This document shows positions 7,096 to 15,177 of a stretch of DNA of 25,666 bases, piece by piece. The notes under the pieces were generated by a model. It ran no database searches. It had not been told where the DNA came from and saw nothing but the letters and a program-made list of their open reading frames with translations. Every line of letters starts with the position of its first letter. Position 1 is the first letter of the stretch. Made by a program: the position numbers and the translations under genes. This DNA is from a virus (taxonomy: Duplodnaviria; Caudoviricetes): positions 1 through 25,666 of the IMG/VR virus record IMGVR_UViG_3300023213_000554; one strand, given 5' to 3'.

Positions 7096-7463
7096 AAGCT
7101 GTACTTCTTGCAGGCTTGCTCTTGGCCTCGACGGCTCGAGCCGAATGGCCAGAAAGGTGGACCGCAACTGACACGACGCTACAAGCGATGGGCGCGGGGT
7201 TTCATCTCCTCGACCTGGGGACGACCTTATGGGGTCTTCGCAATATGCCCAACGGCCACGAAACCAACATCATTCTCGGCCCGCACCCGAGCACCGAAAA
7301 GGTTTATGCGTACACGTTAATCACAGCTGGGCTTCACGCCACGATTGCCTGGTTGCTGCCGAAACCGTACCGCACAATATGGCAGGGTTTGTACGTTGGA
7401 GTGGAAGCTTATTCGGTTGCCGGCAACGTAGCAGTCGAATCCGGATTGCGGCTGTCGTTCTAG
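7092..7463 (+). CDS. exported membrane protein with DUF5658-like motif and C-terminal Phe
   Basis: ATGA overlap with the lipoprotein. Signal peptide MKAVLLAGLLLASTARA, motif LLDLGTTLWGL...ETNIILG, ends GLRLSF. Confidence 0.78.
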   Translation: MKAVLLAGLLLASTARAEWPERWTATDTTLQAMGAGFHLLDLGTTLWGLRNMPNGHETNIILGPHPSTEKVYAYTLITAGLHATIAWLLPKPYRTIWQGLYVGVEAYSVAGNVAVESGLRLSF

Positions 7464-9904
7464 ACAATAATGACACTTGTGGTGTTGGTTTTGCTGAACC
7501 GTAAGTTCGTACCATCCCAAAACAAGTCACCTGCCTGCAAGCCAGTGTTGGTGACATTTGTTTGTGCGGTAAAGTTCATGGCTCCTCTCGAGCCGACCAC
7601 GTTGTTGCCAACTAGCTGAAGCGCAAGTGCCCCGGTGCTCGTGGCTTGTGCCTGGACTCCAATGCCATTATTGGTATCACAGGTTCCGTACACACCGATA
7701 GAAGCAAATCCCAACGACCGACCAAACACTCCTGCAATGGAAAGGGCTGAGCCAACGTCCCCTCGGACCCCGGCGGCGTTGCTGCCTGTTCCTGCAAGTC
7801 CCCAGACACCTGGAGCATTGGTGCCATTTCCACCGTTCCCCACTACTCCAGCACCGGTACCGACCCCTGTGGCGTTAACACCGCCACCATTGGTACCGCC
7901 ACCGGTAAAGTTACCACCGAAAGCGTTGGTGACACCACCATTTCCTTGAACACCAGCGCCAGAGCCCGTTCCTTGTCCAAAGACACCGATGCCATTTGTG
8001 GCTCCGCCGATGCCGGCAACGCCAGTACCGCTGACACCACCGCCTGTTCCCTGAACTCCAACTTGGCTTCCGGTGCCGGTACCGATGACGCCAATTCCGC
8101 CGCTGCCGGCGCCGTTATCACCGAATCCAACGACACCCGCGGCTCCGCTAGTACCGCCTTGACCGAAGACACCGGCATTGTTGTAGGCCCCAGCGCCACC
8201 GTCATTTGCGCCAAAGCCAGCCCCAAATACACCAACTCCAGTATGGCCTGCAGTTAGAGAAACGATTCCAGAGCCAAGGCCTCTAAGCCCTTGGCCTGTA
8301 CCAGTAGCATTGCCGATAGCTCCGTTGGCATTGCTGGCCCCACCGGTAAAGGTACCGCCGGTTCCCGTGCCAGTACCCTGGCCGGTGACACCAATTCCGT
8401 TTGGCCCACCGCCAGTGCCGAGAACACCAGTGCCGGAAGTTCCACCGCCGGTACCACTAACTCCTGCTCCTGTACCGGTACCGGTGCCCGTGGTTCCAGG
8501 ACCATTTGGTCCACCGCCAGTACCAGCAAGGCCTGCACCGGAGGTTGCGCCACCAGTGCCTCTGACTCCAGGACCGGTCCCAAGACCAGTACCTGCAAAG
8601 CCTGGATTGTTACCGGCAGTTGCCGTGTTTGAAATCACTCCGTTAGCATCCTGCGGAGCAACTAGTGGCGTAGCCGGTGTTCCTGCCGCGTAGGTTAGTT
8701 GAACAGAGCCGAGAGCAGATGGGGTCGCGGGCGGGAACGCAGTTCCAACGCTGAATTTATTATCTCGAGTAAAGACACCGAAGCTATCACGCCAGGCAAG
8801 GATGAAGCGGCTCCCGGGGACAACCGGTGTCCCAAGAGTCTGTAGACTTGCCTTGACCGGCTGGAGAGCCGAGCCACCAGACAGAGTCTGGGTCCTATCG
8901 ACGTCTACGTAGATACATTGGCCCGCAACCAAATCCGTCAGGCCCGGTGAGTTAGTTGTCTGGTCCTTAATGTCGTTGGAGAAGACCCCGGTGCCGTTGC
9001 TGTTGTCAAAAACCAAGCGGATGCCCTGCCAATGCAGGTTGCCGGCAACGAATTCCCAGTTATCGCCAGTCGTCAGAGTGAAGACCGTAGCCGGGTTGGC
9101 CGTTAGCTTCACATTGCGGTCGGCCGTGGGCCCGTACCACCATTGTCCGCCACCGATTTCCCAGACTCTGGTTGTGATGGCATCGACCCAATCCTTCATC
9201 CCGTTGAAGGCCTTATCGCCACCGCTAAAGACGTTGAGAACCTGGTCTTCGTTTCGGCCGCCGGGGAATGAGAAGGCGTTACTGCGGTTCGGGAAGTCGC
9301 CACCGCTACCGACCCTGAACATCAGGTTCCTGGCGTCGATGACGCTGGTAACGTTGTTGCTTGCGTTAGTGATGACCTTGGCGATTGGGACAAGGTTAGG
9401 TTGGCTGCTAAAAGAACTGGTACTGATGACAAAACGGTAATTCAGTGTCCTGCCAAGAGGTACGTTCTTGCTGATTTCCGCCAAGGTACCGGCGTCGATG
9501 GACTTAACAAGGTCCGTGGTCGTGGCGTCAGCGCTACGGATGATATCCACGCCGACGAAGTTGGTTTGGTTGGCAGTGAAACTACCGGTGACCACCGGGT
9601 TGGTGGTAGCATTGAGAACTTCCGGGGCTCTGCTGGCCGGAACCCAAAAGAATGAACCTGATTCAGTCGCATTGACATTCATCAGGATGGAGTCAGCGAC
9701 GATGACCGTGAGGTTATTGGCAGCTGCGCCGACGGCTCCCGCCGTGGAAATGGTGAAGCCTCGGACGACCAATGGCTTTGAAACAGCCATGGCTCGGCCG
9801 GCGAGTACGTCAAAATCCGCAGCAATGGAGCTTTCCAGGCTGCGAAGATGGGGGACGTCTATTCTCTCTTGACCTAGCCAGTTAAATTGTCGAAGTACGC
9901 CCAT
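7460..9904 (-). CDS. tail fibre / baseplate-attached protein with long Gly-rich repeat region
   Basis: 814 aa. The N-terminal ~400 aa are beta-rich and anchor-like. The C-terminal ~330 aa are GxGGxxxGxGVxG repeats. Confidence 0.75.
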   Translation of the reverse strand: MGVLRQFNWLGQERIDVPHLRSLESSIAADFDVLAGRAMAVSKPLVVRGFTISTAGAVGAAANNLTVIVADSILMNVNATESGSFFWVPASRAPEVLNATTNPVVTGSFTANQTNFVGVDIIRSADATTTDLVKSIDAGTLAEISKNVPLGRTLNYRFVISTSSFSSQPNLVPIAKVITNASNNVTSVIDARNLMFRVGSGGDFPNRSNAFSFPGGRNEDQVLNVFSGGDKAFNGMKDWVDAITTRVWEIGGGQWWYGPTADRNVKLTANPATVFTLTTGDNWEFVAGNLHWQGIRLVFDNSNGTGVFSNDIKDQTTNSPGLTDLVAGQCIYVDVDRTQTLSGGSALQPVKASLQTLGTPVVPGSRFILAWRDSFGVFTRDNKFSVGTAFPPATPSALGSVQLTYAAGTPATPLVAPQDANGVISNTATAGNNPGFAGTGLGTGPGVRGTGGATSGAGLAGTGGGPNGPGTTGTGTGTGAGVSGTGGGTSGTGVLGTGGGPNGIGVTGQGTGTGTGGTFTGGASNANGAIGNATGTGQGLRGLGSGIVSLTAGHTGVGVFGAGFGANDGGAGAYNNAGVFGQGGTSGAAGVVGFGDNGAGSGGIGVIGTGTGSQVGVQGTGGGVSGTGVAGIGGATNGIGVFGQGTGSGAGVQGNGGVTNAFGGNFTGGGTNGGGVNATGVGTGAGVVGNGGNGTNAPGVWGLAGTGSNAAGVRGDVGSALSIAGVFGRSLGFASIGVYGTCDTNNGIGVQAQATSTGALALQLVGNNVVGSRGAMNFTAQTNVTNTGLQAGDLFWDGTNLRFSKTNTTSVIIV

Positions 9905-9922
9905 GCTCAGATTCCTGTCTTA

Positions 9923-9932
9923 AAGATTGCGC
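9923..9932 (-). promoter_or_regulatory. GCGCAATCTT motif (candidate late promoter), copy 2
   Basis: Intergenic, just after the stop at 9935 and 18 nt before ATG 9904. Identical 10-mer at 24382-24391. Confidence 0.5.
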
Positions 9933-9934
9933 CC

Positions 9935-10366
9935 TTAGATGCTGAAGCCCTTGACTTCATTTTCCCAGGTCAAACCCTCAAAGGTAATGGTTCCTGTCAC
10001 CAGGGCCTTGGTTTGAACTTCCCAGGTTTGTTCCTGCATTGTGCATTGGTCTGCCTTGAAAAAGACCGTGTCACTTCCTCTTTCTGTTAGCAGGATGGAG
10101 AAATACCTTTCCCTGGGCAAGTCCTCAAAAAATGCAGCCAGACCGTTGCCCTCGGCGCCACCATCTCCAATGACTCGCCACAGAGACAGGGTCCCGGTAA
10201 CCTTAGTTTGGGTGGGAGCCAACTCATAGGGCTGCCCGGAGTCCAAGGCATAAATTGCTCTTTTGGATGGAACGCTGGTGAATCTGAAAGAGGACACCTG
10301 CCCGATGCGTTTCCCGTTAATGAAGCAGGCAACCTCTGCGCCTGACATTATCTTCGGCCGAGACAT
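9935..10366 (-). CDS. tail-tube-fold protein (tube or tube-initiator-like)
   Basis: 143 aa. The pattern SGAEVACFINGKRIGQVSSF...AIYALDSGQPYELAPT...VTGTL...TITFEG matches the size and beta pattern of myophage tube-fold proteins. Confidence 0.6.
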   Translation of the reverse strand: MSRPKIMSGAEVACFINGKRIGQVSSFRFTSVPSKRAIYALDSGQPYELAPTQTKVTGTLSLWRVIGDGGAEGNGLAAFFEDLPRERYFSILLTERGSDTVFFKADQCTMQEQTWEVQTKALVTGTITFEGLTWENEVKGFSI

Positions 10367-13330
10367 TTAGTGTGCCCTTGCTGTTGCGAGTTCTGTATCC
10401 AATGAATCGCTACCCCAAACAATTACTGCATCTGAAACCTTTGCCGCACCGCTGGTCGGAAGGCCTTCGCCGCCAAGCCCTCGGTCACCTGGGTAGGCGA
10501 TGGTGATGTTGACTTGAATGCCAGCTGCGGCAGCGTCTAAGATAGAAGATTGCGCTGCAACTCGACCGGCAGCCGACGGGGTGATGTAGAAGCTTCCGAC
10601 AGTATTCGGGAGCGCCGGGGTGAAGCCACCGAGATTGTTCAAGAATGTGACTTTGGTCCCGACCGGTAGGCTTGCCGGGAATTGGAAGCCGAAATCAAGG
10701 AGCAGTGACGTGTTGCTGGCTCTACCCAGGTACTTGACCGGCAGGGTCTGTAGAGCAGTACCGTAAGCAAAGACCACGAAACCGACTTGGTCTGGGAATG
10801 CCGTGGCGCTGGTCAAATTGAGAAGAGTCAGACGCTGGCCGGCGTTGATGACCGCGGTGGTCGTAGACTCGATGGCTGTTATTGCCACGCCGTTATTCGG
10901 GTCCCAAATGTACGGGCCGGGAATGCCGGCGAGAGAAGGTTGGGCCTTAAATGGAGTCAGCAGCTGGTTTGGGGCCGAGTTGATGCTCACCGTGCCAAAG
11001 TTCAAGGTAGTCCCCTGGTCTGCTGCCGTCTCTGCGTAATTTACCGATGTCGAAGTCACTCCTGTGACGGTCTTGACTCCCGGGGAGAAATTCGCGCTGA
11101 AGCTATTGACATAGATGAGCTGGCCGACGCTGATGCCGATGCTGGTAAATGCCGTTGGTAGGGCCAGTACCAACGTAGTAACATTCGAAGCTCTTGAGCC
11201 GGAACTGATACTGAAGGTCTGAGCCGGGGGCGCTCCTGGGGCTCCACTCTGTGAGAAAGACATGGCCAACAAAAGTCCGGAGAACAACCAGCTACCACCG
11301 ACGGCTCCAGAAAATCTGTTTGTTGGCGGACCAAAATTCGACGTGTATTCAGTAATGGACTGAAACTGAAACCTGGTCGAGGAAATGACGTTGGAAACTA
11401 CGGCGATGCCGTTGACACTGCCGTTGCTGTAGCTGTCCGAGTCGTGGATAAAGAGAAGATGGGAATTGAAGCTGTTCACCCCATTGTAGCCACCGGTCAG
11501 CAGGGCATTGTCCCCGGATAGATTCACCATCTTGCAGGGAGACCTAGGTACGTCGATAAAGTCAGGGGCTTGCCGCCAGGACGCAGATTTGAAATCCCAG
11601 TATTCGCTAGTCGTTAGAGCAACACCCGCAGTACTTGCCCCGCCGGCAACGAGAACCTTGTTTGAGTTAGGCAAGAGTACGGCTGCATGGCCATGTCGCG
11701 GGACCCCAGCTAGTCCAGCCTGTGTCCATTGACCGGTGTTCGGGTCGTAGATTTCTGCGAAGGCAGTGCTCGTTGCCGGCTTGGTCCCTGGCTGCGTTGG
11801 AATATAGGCAACGCCACCGGTAACAAGGACTCGACCGTCCGAGAGCAAGGTAGCCTGATGCAGACCCCTAGCTAAAGCCATGCCGCCAGTGAAGGTCCAG
11901 TTCGTGCCGTTGTAAATTTCGCAGGTCTGGGTCAGGTCCCCGAAGGTGAAACCATGGAAAGCATCCGAGAAAGTGCCTCCGTTGGTCAGTAGTCGACCAC
12001 CAATAACCAGGACGTTCCCATTGTTCAAGAGCACGGATTGATGGTCACATCTGGCGATGTTCATCGTCGCCCCGGCAGAAAAGGTGCCTGCCACCGGATT
12101 GAAGATTTCTGTCAGGGCCGTAGCCGTGGTTCCGTTGATTGCCCCACCAATGACCAGAACGGTGTTGTTCTGCAGTAGAACCGAAGTATGGCCGGCGCGA
12201 CCAGTGGCCATGTTGCCGGTGGTCAATGCCCAGGTATTTCCTGCCGGGTCGTAAAGCTCCGCAGTGTTCCTGAATACAGACCCGGAGAAGACGAAACCGC
12301 CAGTGGCGAGGACTTTGCCCGTATTCAATAGGACGGCGCTATGCAGTTGCCGGGCCTGTTGCAGTGAACCAGCGGCCAGCCAATTGTAGCTCTGCCGAAT
12401 GGAGCCATCTGCCTGGTTGCCATCCGCCATGGCTGCCGAGCCGGTATTGGTAAAGAGTTGGCAGGCAGTGCTCTCTCCGCCAAAAATACTGCTGGTTGCA
12501 TTCGCCCCGCCGGCAAGGATGATGTTACCGTTCTGAAGCACGGTCAGGGTATGGCTAAAGTTCCCGATAATGTCCGTATTCCGAAGAGGAGACCAGATGC
12601 TGACCAACGAGGCGTCCGCGGTGCCAACGAGGCCACTGGATGCTGGGGCACCAGGGTCTCTAAATGGCTGAGTTGGGGCTGGGATGAAGTTGTCGATGTA
12701 GATTTGGTCGCCAATGGTCAGAGTGTTGATGGTGGCTGTGTCCGCGGTAACAACCCCGCTTGATTTTCTGATTAGATTGGTGAGAGCAAGGTTAGTGACC
12801 GGCTGGAGATAAGCCGCGGAGAGAGGAGCCCTGGTAACGATAGAGCTGGTAGCCGGCAGGACGATGTCTATCGAATGGGTCTGAGAAACAGCGACTGTTC
12901 TGCCGACTCCCTGCTGTGTGGAAAACTTCGTCGCCCTGAAGAAGGTCATGTCCTTGGAGCTACCTTGGACCACGACCTGAGAAACTCCAAGCGGGTTGAA
13001 AATCTCGAAGAACTGCGATTCAACGCCGTTTACAAAAACGACTTGGACGTTGGTGATGGTAAAGCTACCACGATTTGTCGGGGAAAAGTCCTGGCCAAAG
13101 ATGTTGACATAATCCCCGACAACAATCTGCGTCAGGTCAATACTGACAGGACCACCGGCCGTAAATCTGACAGTTCCCGTGGACTGGTTGAAAGTTATTG
13201 TCCAGGTGATGGATGACGTCAGGAACGAAACCGGAAACGTCAACGGGAACGTATTTCCAGAACGCAGTGGTGCACCGGCGCCAGGCCAGTTGGCGCCCTG
13301 CATCAGGAACTGGAAAAGAAGAGCCAGCAT
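10367..13330 (-). CDS. baseplate-associated protein with a 7-blade Kelch propeller (probable C-terminal half of a split wedge protein)
   Basis: 987 aa. Seven repeats of the R-x-x-H-x-x-x-L-L-x-x-G-x-V-L-x-x-GG type, flanked by beta domains. C-terminal AAAAGIQVNITI. Confidence 0.8.
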   Translation of the reverse strand: MLALLFQFLMQGANWPGAGAPLRSGNTFPLTFPVSFLTSSITWTITFNQSTGTVRFTAGGPVSIDLTQIVVGDYVNIFGQDFSPTNRGSFTITNVQVVFVNGVESQFFEIFNPLGVSQVVVQGSSKDMTFFRATKFSTQQGVGRTVAVSQTHSIDIVLPATSSIVTRAPLSAAYLQPVTNLALTNLIRKSSGVVTADTATINTLTIGDQIYIDNFIPAPTQPFRDPGAPASSGLVGTADASLVSIWSPLRNTDIIGNFSHTLTVLQNGNIILAGGANATSSIFGGESTACQLFTNTGSAAMADGNQADGSIRQSYNWLAAGSLQQARQLHSAVLLNTGKVLATGGFVFSGSVFRNTAELYDPAGNTWALTTGNMATGRAGHTSVLLQNNTVLVIGGAINGTTATALTEIFNPVAGTFSAGATMNIARCDHQSVLLNNGNVLVIGGRLLTNGGTFSDAFHGFTFGDLTQTCEIYNGTNWTFTGGMALARGLHQATLLSDGRVLVTGGVAYIPTQPGTKPATSTAFAEIYDPNTGQWTQAGLAGVPRHGHAAVLLPNSNKVLVAGGASTAGVALTTSEYWDFKSASWRQAPDFIDVPRSPCKMVNLSGDNALLTGGYNGVNSFNSHLLFIHDSDSYSNGSVNGIAVVSNVISSTRFQFQSITEYTSNFGPPTNRFSGAVGGSWLFSGLLLAMSFSQSGAPGAPPAQTFSISSGSRASNVTTLVLALPTAFTSIGISVGQLIYVNSFSANFSPGVKTVTGVTSTSVNYAETAADQGTTLNFGTVSINSAPNQLLTPFKAQPSLAGIPGPYIWDPNNGVAITAIESTTTAVINAGQRLTLLNLTSATAFPDQVGFVVFAYGTALQTLPVKYLGRASNTSLLLDFGFQFPASLPVGTKVTFLNNLGGFTPALPNTVGSFYITPSAAGRVAAQSSILDAAAAGIQVNITIAYPGDRGLGGEGLPTSGAAKVSDAVIVWGSDSLDTELATARAH

Positions 13331-13349
13331 TGTTCACTTCGGAACTGAT

Positions 13350-13904
13350 TTATGGAATTGCGTTGACTGGTACGCGCTCGAAGATATTTGTTACCGTCGG
13401 GATTCCGAGGTTGTCGAAGAGATTCCACTTCTGCAGGACAGAGCTACCGTCAGCACTATACATAACCAGCCGGTTGGTATCTGGGCCTACGGTCCAAATC
13501 TTCCAGCGACCTTCTGCTAAGCGGCGAAGCTGGGTGGCCGTAATCTGGTCTGCTCTCGAGCTAATCGTTGCGTCAATGCTGTCCCAATCCGCGGCGATGA
13601 TTTTGCCGGTTCCAATGAAAGCCTTGGCCGCGGAAGCACTGACAGAAATCGCGTAGACGAACATCCCCACCACGTTCATGTTTGTGCCCGGAATCTGGGC
13701 AGTGTAAACACCTTGGTTCAAAAAGGCTCCGGTTGTGACTTCTGTCCATTGAATCGCGGATGGGCTGAAAGTGAACGTGGACCCATCACTGTGGACCCCA
13801 GAGACGGTAACCTGGCTGAAGACTACTCCCGGGACTGGGTTGCTGCTTGCATCCAACAACCTAACCGGGACGAGAGTAGTTACGTTAACCTTGTAGTCAA
13901 TCAT
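13350..13904 (-). CDS. putative virion adaptor protein (Ig/BppU-like N-terminus)
   Basis: 184 aa, TAATG overlap and GGAGG SD. Beta-sandwich-like pattern (VPVRLLDA...WTEV...GVYTAQIP). Confidence 0.6.
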   Translation of the reverse strand: MIDYKVNVTTLVPVRLLDASSNPVPGVVFSQVTVSGVHSDGSTFTFSPSAIQWTEVTTGAFLNQGVYTAQIPGTNMNVVGMFVYAISVSASAAKAFIGTGKIIAADWDSIDATISSRADQITATQLRRLAEGRWKIWTVGPDTNRLVMYSADGSSVLQKWNLFDNLGIPTVTNIFERVPVNAIP

Positions 13905-15175
13905 TAGTCAAATCCTCCATTGAAGGCGTTGCTTAGGCCCTTACCACCGGCTAGCATGCCAAAGCCTGTTGGGTCATCGGCAAAGGCCCCCTGCCAATCA
14001 GTAGTACCCGCAGGAACTTCAGCACTGGGTCTAGGTCCAAAGATTAACCCGATATCAGCCCATCCAGTTCCGCCTGCGCCGAACCCAACGACAACCTTAA
14101 ACCAGTTATCTGTTCCGACTTGGATTCTATCTCCGAGGACCTGAGTGGTACCTCGGAAATGGCCAGCAATCGGGGGTGCTCTTCCACGGGAAGCTTCGAA
14201 GCCAGCCGGTAGCAGAAGTTCGCCTCGAAGACGGCCGCATTGGAAGACCGGAAGATTGCCGAGACGATAGGTCTTGCCCCAAAGGTCCGAACCGCCAGCT
14301 GCATCATCATCAAAACAGTAACTCCACCACCGAGATGTATCTTGAAGCGGTCCAGTCCCATCCATTCGATAGGAAAAGAGTGCACTGAGGGCATTTGGAG
14401 GAGATTCTCCAACGAGACCTTCGCGCAAGCCTGAAGTTGACAATTGAACGCTGGTCGCAATAGGCATCGGGTCAAATCCAGCGATAGAACCGGCCTTGTA
14501 AGCATTTGCCGTAGCGGTTACAGTTAGAGCTGAGGCGCTGACCGCAGTTACCTTCAGGTGTTCTTTCTTCCCAAAACGAGTATCTGTAGAGTCGCCAGTA
14601 ATGCAGTTAATGATTAAATCTTGACCGACGAAAATCTTTCCGACCATCGATTGAGTAGTCGGGAATGAAGTTGCACCAGCTATGATATCTGAAGCCAAAA
14701 CCGCGACTCCGCTCATGTGAACTGGAACTGAAGCAGTGTTATCGAGAAGGCAGGCGATGCTTGGTGAATCCAAGCTGGGAATATGTGAACAACAGACGAA
14801 GCCGTTGTCGTGAAAAGCCAGGTCATAAGTGAAGGTTGCGTCCTGAGCAACGACACCACCACTAATAGCCGCTGTCGTGTTGCCACCGTCATCAAAGGTT
14901 CCCAAGGCTCCAGTATGGGTGCTTGGGTCCCAATCTGTCCAACATCGAAATCTCAGTAACCCAAGAGTCGTCCTTTCAGAAACTTCGATGTAGAATGTCC
15001 GAATTGCTGTCGCAGGGCTCTTGAAAATTCTTTTTGAGGAGCCGGCTACCGAACTAACGTTATCGAACAAGGTCCAGCCAACTTGAGTATCTATGAAGCC
15101 CGTACGAATTGCCTCGGCCAGGGCGAACGTAGCCCCTGGCCCGGTTGCAGTCGCGTGGAAGAATTTAGACCCCAT
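13904..15175 (-). CDS. putative tail/receptor-binding accessory protein (423 aa)
   Basis: ATG 15175 after GAGGA, 2 nt after the upstream stop. Beta-rich, with an internal LASDIIAGATS...EHLKVTAVSASALTV module. Confidence 0.65.
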   Translation of the reverse strand: MGSKFFHATATGPGATFALAEAIRTGFIDTQVGWTLFDNVSSVAGSSKRIFKSPATAIRTFYIEVSERTTLGLLRFRCWTDWDPSTHTGALGTFDDGGNTTAAISGGVVAQDATFTYDLAFHDNGFVCCSHIPSLDSPSIACLLDNTASVPVHMSGVAVLASDIIAGATSFPTTQSMVGKIFVGQDLIINCITGDSTDTRFGKKEHLKVTAVSASALTVTATANAYKAGSIAGFDPMPIATSVQLSTSGLREGLVGESPPNALSALFSYRMDGTGPLQDTSRWWSYCFDDDAAGGSDLWGKTYRLGNLPVFQCGRLRGELLLPAGFEASRGRAPPIAGHFRGTTQVLGDRIQVGTDNWFKVVVGFGAGGTGWADIGLIFGPRPSAEVPAGTTDWQGAFADDPTGFGMLAGGKGLSNAFNGGFD

Positions 15176-15177
15176 GG

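Noticed and set aside
7840-8600. Frequent GGTACC/ACCGGT short repeats suggesting a CRISPR or DNA repeat array
   Set aside because: They are explained by Gly-Thr-Gly codons, with no constant repeat-spacer periodicity.
7635-8693. Pro-rich + strand ORFs (7635-7949, 7946-8257, 8291-8632, 8310-8693)
   Set aside because: They are antisense shadows of the Gly-rich fibre codons (GGN reads as NCC/CCN) and have no SD or independent signal.
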